Source: the human T2T-CHM13v2.0 reference genome, Homo sapiens
DNA length: 64,000 nt
Assembly (NCBI RefSeq): GCF_009914755.1
Contig: NC_060940.1
Strand: one strand, 5' to 3'
Shown one piece after another: positions 56,860 through 64,000 of this stretch. The position numbers and the translations under genes are program-made. Position 1 is the first letter of the stretch, and each line of letters begins with the position of its first letter. The notes below the pieces were generated by a model. It saw only the letters and a program-made list of their open reading frames with translations, searched no databases and was not told the origin of the DNA.

Positions 56860-57905
56860 TGAAACTCGTGATTCTAAATGAACCTACTGATTTCCCATCC
56901 CAAACCTGTTCTCCAGCCTCCAGCTCATGTCCAACCCCTCACTAGCCTTCCTCATCCCCACCAAAGGCACCACCAACCACATGGTTGCTTTAGTCGAAAA
57001 CCTAGGAGTCATTCTTAATGCTTCCTTTCCTCCCCTCCTCCTCTCACATCCCATCTATCAAGAAATCTGTCTACTGTTCTCCCAGATATATCTCAGGTCC
57101 ATTCCCTTCTCATCCCTCCATAGCATTGCCTTTTTCAAGTCTACCATCATCTGTCAGCTGAATCATATATCAGCTTCCTGTCTGGTCCCCTTGGATCTAT
57201 TTTTTGTCCCATCTAACTCATTCTCCACCAATAGTCAGACTGACCCTTCTACAATTATTTCTTTTTAATAAGATAGACACAGGGTCTTGCAATGTTGCCC
57301 AGCTGGTCTTGAACTTCTGGCCTCAAGCAGTCCTCCCATCTCAGCTTCCCAAAGAACGGGGATTAGAGGCATGAGCCATTATGCCTGGGCAACCTTCCTA
57401 TAATTAAATTAGATCATGGAGTGCTCCTCCTTAAAACTTTCCGTGACTTTCCATTGTGCTTAGAAGTCAGCCCAGACTCTAGGATGGCCTCATAGGCTCC
57501 CATGACCTGGATCTTACCCTCCTCTCCAACGCCATGTCATCCTACATCTCCCAGGCACACTGACCTTCCATCTGTGCCTAGAGCATGCCAAGCTTTCCAC
57601 GTCCTTTGCACAGTTGTTCTCCATGACTAGGAGGCTTGTCCTCCTCCTCCTCATATGACTGGCTGCTTCTTCAGACTTTACCTCACCTGTTAGTGTGCAG
57701 CAACTCCTGTCCCCATTATTCTCATGTTGGTCCATGGTTACTTCTTAGCATTCATGACCATCTATAATAATTTTGTGTATTTATTTACCTGTTGTCTTCT
57801 TCTCTTGATAGTAAATTTTAGGAGACTGGGGCCACATCATTTTGTTCATCTTTGAATACTCAGTGCTTACAGCAGTGCCTGGCATACATCAGGGGCTCAA
57901 AAATA
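56860..57905 (+). mobile_element. L2 with antisense Alu monomer (57262-57391)
   Basis: aacctaggagtcattcttaatgc...cagtgcctggcatacatcaggggctcaa. Confidence 0.7.
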
Positions 57906-58562
57906 TCCACCGGGACTTCCACTTCCAGCCAAGATGGAGGAACGGGGCCCAGATTTACCCTCACACCTGAAACAACAAAAATACCGGCAAAGTGTGTGAA
58001 ATGGCAGTTTCAAGGCAGTAGACTTCAGGCAATGAAGGACAGGGGTCTCAGGGTGGAAAACAAATAAGGTGAGCCCAAACTGTGATTGCTCCAGCTTTCT
58101 AACTAGAGTTTCCAGGGACGGAATGCCCAGGAGATGCCCTGTGTCAAGGAGATGGATCTGCAAATTAGGGAAGACCAAGGCAGAAAACAGTCCTGTAGGA
58201 AAGAGCGTGGCCTGAGAGAGAAGGTTGGAGTGGTTCCCTGGGAAATCAGCTGTGGACTGATGGATGCGTGCATATTAGGGTTAGCTCAAGGCCAGGGAAG
58301 AACCAGGCTGAAGAATTAGTGGGACCAGTGTCAGGCACTCATACGGGGAGAGGTTACAAGGGCACGAGGACACGTTTGGAGGGTATTGCCTACATTCATG
58401 AGTTTTGGTGATGGTTTCAAAATGTACACATATGTCAAAACTTACCAAATTGTACACTTTAAATAAAAATAGTAAAATATTAGTATTTTAATATTATTAT
58501 TTAAAATGTTTTTTAAAATCCGCTTATTAATGAACATGGCAATAGTAAACTGCAGAGCCTGA

Positions 58563-58951
<389 letters not shown>

Positions 58952-59549
58952 TAAAGGTAACAATACTTGCAAATGTTCAATGGATTGGACTTTATCAAGG
59001 ACAGATTTTGGAGGGGAAAAAAGACAAATTGTTCAACAGAAACAGGGCTGGAGTAGAAGTGGGAAGCAGATTGGTCACAAAATTAATAGCAATGAGTGAG
59101 TACCCGGCAAAATACCCAGGAAAGGCTGCCAATAGGCAAGACTAGAAGTATGGAAGTCTGCCACCAGAGGTTTCATTTACCCACAGAAGAGTGAGCAGAG
59201 CAAAAGCCTGTTCTTGGGAGTAAAAGAAATAGTGGCTGACTGTCTAAATGCCTCCATCCAATCAGCTTGTGTCTGGCTGGCAAGTACATGCCCTTCTTTC
59301 TGGATAATGCACGGGCTTCTCAGCCAAGGAAATGTCATTGTGCAGAATCGAGCCACCTGGCAGTGCCACAACCACCAGTACAAAAGTCCAGGGCTTTCAC
59401 ATTCTTCTTAAGTGAGGAATCATTGGGGTTTTGCCATTCAAATGTTTTTGCAGAACTGTTGACTCTGCTTATCTGTACTTTCAGCCATAGTCAGAACGGA
59501 TTGTAACACACCATGCTCAGAAACTGAAAACTCTTGTCAAGGCATAAAA

Positions 59550-60990
59550 GATTTTCAAAGCCCAACAGTTTATACATTCTTTTCAAATACACATAAAATA
59601 TGTACCCACAAAAAGCCCGTGTGTTTAAGCCACAAAGGAAGCCTTAATAAATTTCATAAAAATTGATCTCATATTGATTACAGTGTAATAAAATTATAAA
59701 TCTACCAAAAAACAATATTATCTAGCCTCCATACATTTAGAAACCTAAAAACACCATCTGGGCTTGGTGGCTCATGCCTGTGATCCCAGCACTTTGGGAG
59801 GCTGAGGCGGGTGGATCACTTGAGGTCAGGAGTTCAAGACCAGCCTGGGCAACACGGTAAAACCCCATCTGTACTAAAAATACAAAAATTATCTGGGGTA
59901 GTGGTGCACGCCTGTAATCCCAGCTGCTCAGGAGGTTGAGGCAGGTAAAAATTGCTTGAACCCAGGAGGCAGACGTTGCTCTGTCATCCAGGCTGGAGTG
60001 CAGTGGCGCAAACTCAGGAGCCGAAATCGTGCCACTGCACTCCAGCCTGGGTGACAGAGCAAGACTTCGTCTAAAAAAAAAAAAAAAAAAAAAAAAGACC
60101 TAAAAATGCTCTTTTTATTTAATGGGTTAAACAAGAAATCAAAGTAGCAACTACAAAATATTTAGAACCAAATGACAGTGAAAGCACTGTGTGTGATATA
60201 GACAAAGTGGTATTTGGACGGATGTTTATAACCACATACCTTAATATACTAGAATTGCATATTTAAAAATTGAGAAAAGAGTGAACTAAACATTCACCTG
60301 AAGAGCTTAGAAAAAGAACAACAAAATAGAGCCAAAGATCACTGAAAAAAAAATAAAAATAGAAATTAAATATAAAAAGTGCTAGAATTGACCTACAAAG
60401 ACACAAGCTGGGTCTTTGAAAAGATACATAAAATAGACAACTCTCAGCAATTTTGATTCAGAAAAACAAAGAAGTGACAAGTAAACAATATTAGCAATGT
60501 AAAGGATGACATACCAGTGGGCATTGCCATGATTTAAAAATCAAAAGAGATTACAATGGACTTTATGTGCTATTAAATTTTAAATCCTAAACGAAATGCA
60601 GTTTCCAGATGTATTTATGTAAGGTGGCCCAAGACAAAATAAAAAAGTTAGAAACTAATTACCATAAAAGAAATTTCAATAGTAGTCAAAGGTCTATCAC
60701 AAGAGAAAGAGAGAAAGAAAGAGAAAAAGGCCCCAGGCCCATAGAGTTTGACAGACAAGTTCTCCCAAATCCTTAAACAATAGATTCCCTCTTCAACAGT
60801 AAAAATAAAAAGCTACCTGACTCCCATTGCAAAATTATTGTAATCTTGACATCTAATTCAAATAAACATAGCACATACAAGAAAACTCAAACCCCACTTC
60901 ACTTAGGAAAACAAATGTAAAAACCCTTCATAAAATATTAGCAAGTCAAAAGTAGCAATGTAGTAAAAGGATAGTAAATGAATAGTTGGA
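59550..60990 (+). mobile_element. Old L1 ORF2 fragment containing an Alu (59760-60096)
   Basis: A-rich L1 motifs such as gggtctttgaaaagatacataaaatagacaa. Confidence 0.65.
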
Positions 60991-61224
60991 GAATATCTGG
61001 GGAGGCAGAACAATTTTAGAAAGAGCCCCGGACTAGGAGTTTGAGTCCTGACTTACTGGGTAAAGCTTATCAGCTTATATAACCCTCAGTTACGAGCCTC
61101 AATTTCCAATATTACAGTTAGATAGAGCCACTATTTGTTGAGTACTTAGTCTTGTCAGGAACTGTGCTGAATGTTCTACATGGATTACATTAATTTAATT
61201 CCATGATGAACCACACACACAAAA

Positions 61225-62632
<1,408 letters not shown>

Positions 62633-63002
62633 CACTCAGCTAGCTTGGCTGCAGCTTGCTTTTGCTTCCTAAAACCTGCCCCTGCCACTCCTCCAGAGGA
62701 GCTGCTGTGCCTGTATTTGCAGAGAATAAAATGTGCCTGGGATTTTACTCCCCACCCCTGGGCCAGTAGAAAATAACTGACGGTGCAAGTTTATGAAAGC
62801 CCAGCTCCCTTGCCTCAGGGCAGGATAACTATGAGAGGTAACTTCGACCCTTGAACCCGTGGGATAAGCCTAGGCTTTGCCCAAAATCACACCTTGCTTG
62901 GCTTCTTTCCCTTTCCTGTTCTGCTTCCCCCACTTCCTTACCAGTTTCTCCTGAGATCCCTCCCTTCCTAAATCACTTGCACAGCACAGTGATTTGCACT
63001 AT

Positions 63003-63497
63003 TGATGCAAGACAGGCAAGCCCCACAACTGGGGCTTATCCCAGGAGGGTTCTTGGCTTCACCCAGGAAAGAGTTCAAGGGCGAGCTGGTGATATTGGAC
63101 AGCAGCTTTTATTAAAGCAGCAGTTCAGAGCAGCAGCAGAGGGACTGCTCCTCGCTGAGCAGGGCTATCCTGTAGGCAGTGTGCCCAGAATACCTAGTTC
63201 TGCAGTCATATTTATACCCACTTTTCATTATATGAAAATTAAGTGGCAGTTTATGCAGAAATTTCTAGACAAGGGTGGTAATTCCAGGTTACCAGGTTGT
63301 TGCCATGGAAAAGGGCAGTGACTTCTGGGTGTTGCCATGGCAATGGTAAGCTGACATGGCACACTGGTGGACATATCTTATGGAAAGCTGCTTCCACCCC
63401 ATCCCTGTTTTAGCTAGTCCTCAATTTGGTCCGGTGTCTGAGTCCCACCTACAGAGTTGAGTCCCACCTCCTGAGTTGAGTCTCGCCTCTTACCTCA
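63003..63497 (-). mobile_element. ERV1 solo LTR (MER66-like)
   Basis: Minus strand begins tgaggtaagaggcgagactcaactc...ggaccaaattgaggactagctaaaacaggg; subfamily recalled from consensus. Confidence 0.65.
63299..63344. promoter_or_regulatory. Two RFX X-box-like motifs within the LTR
   Basis: gttgccatggaaaa (63299-63312) and gttgccatggcaat (63331-63344) versus consensus GTTGCCATGGCAAC. Confidence 0.5.
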
Positions 63498-64000
63498 CCA
63501 TGTCCACTTAACCAAGCTGGAACCACATAACCTAGAATTCCCTTCCCTATACAGTTCTGGATTAGGTTTGGCCACAGGAGAATTTAGCATCCAATGGGGA
63601 GGGCAAGAGTGAAGCAGCATCCAAAAGCAGGTGAGCAGTACGCAGTGTTGCAACTCATCTATATTGTCATTGGTTCCCAGGCTTACCTGGTTGGTGAGGG
63701 GTGGTGAGCAGGTCCACAGCTACTCCATCTCCTGACAGCCCTCCCCCTTCAGCCTCTCCCCTTTTAGTTTCTCCTCCTTCCTCAACTCTGCTTCCTGGCC
63801 AAGGTGAGTGTCTAAACCCATGATGACGGGCACCACCTTCCCCTACAAGAGACTCCACATCATGGAAGTCGGAAGCATGCAAGTGGTTAAGAAACCAATG
63901 TGAGTTCCAGCTCATCCCCATAGGATTCAGTTCTTCCTCCTCTCCTCTATTCTACACCCATCTTTCTTTCCTGTCTGCCTGCCCTGCTGACTTCAAGCCC

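Noticed and set aside
62851-63321. 156-aa ORF
   Set aside because: Lies across LTR sequences.

Overview
This is primate nuclear DNA, probably hominoid given the AluY and SVA elements, and it is dense in transposable elements (Alu, L1, L2, MIR, MaLR/ERVL/ERV1/ERVK LTRs, MER DNA transposons, one SVA). I find no intact protein-coding gene, and most ORFs in the supplied track come from repeats or low-complexity sequence. The main unexplained signal is on the minus strand. The small non-repeat islands between the transposons repeatedly contain exon-sized segments bounded by pyrimidine-rich AG acceptors and GT donors. Read in genomic order from about 55.2 kb down to about 1.6 kb, many of these join in compatible codon phase into a long protein-like sequence broken by scattered stops and a few 1-nt frameshifts. 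I interpret this as a decayed, intron-containing (possibly unitary) pseudogene of about 25 candidate exons spanning almost the whole window. Its translation has several motifs reminiscent of degenerate RGS domains, as in RGS22/RGSL1; this is inference and no search was run. Secondary observations include an SVA inserted in one acceptor tract, an upstream LTR carrying RFX X-boxes, and several templated or fold-back duplication scars. All coordinates were read by hand, and repeat subfamily names and boundaries are approximate.
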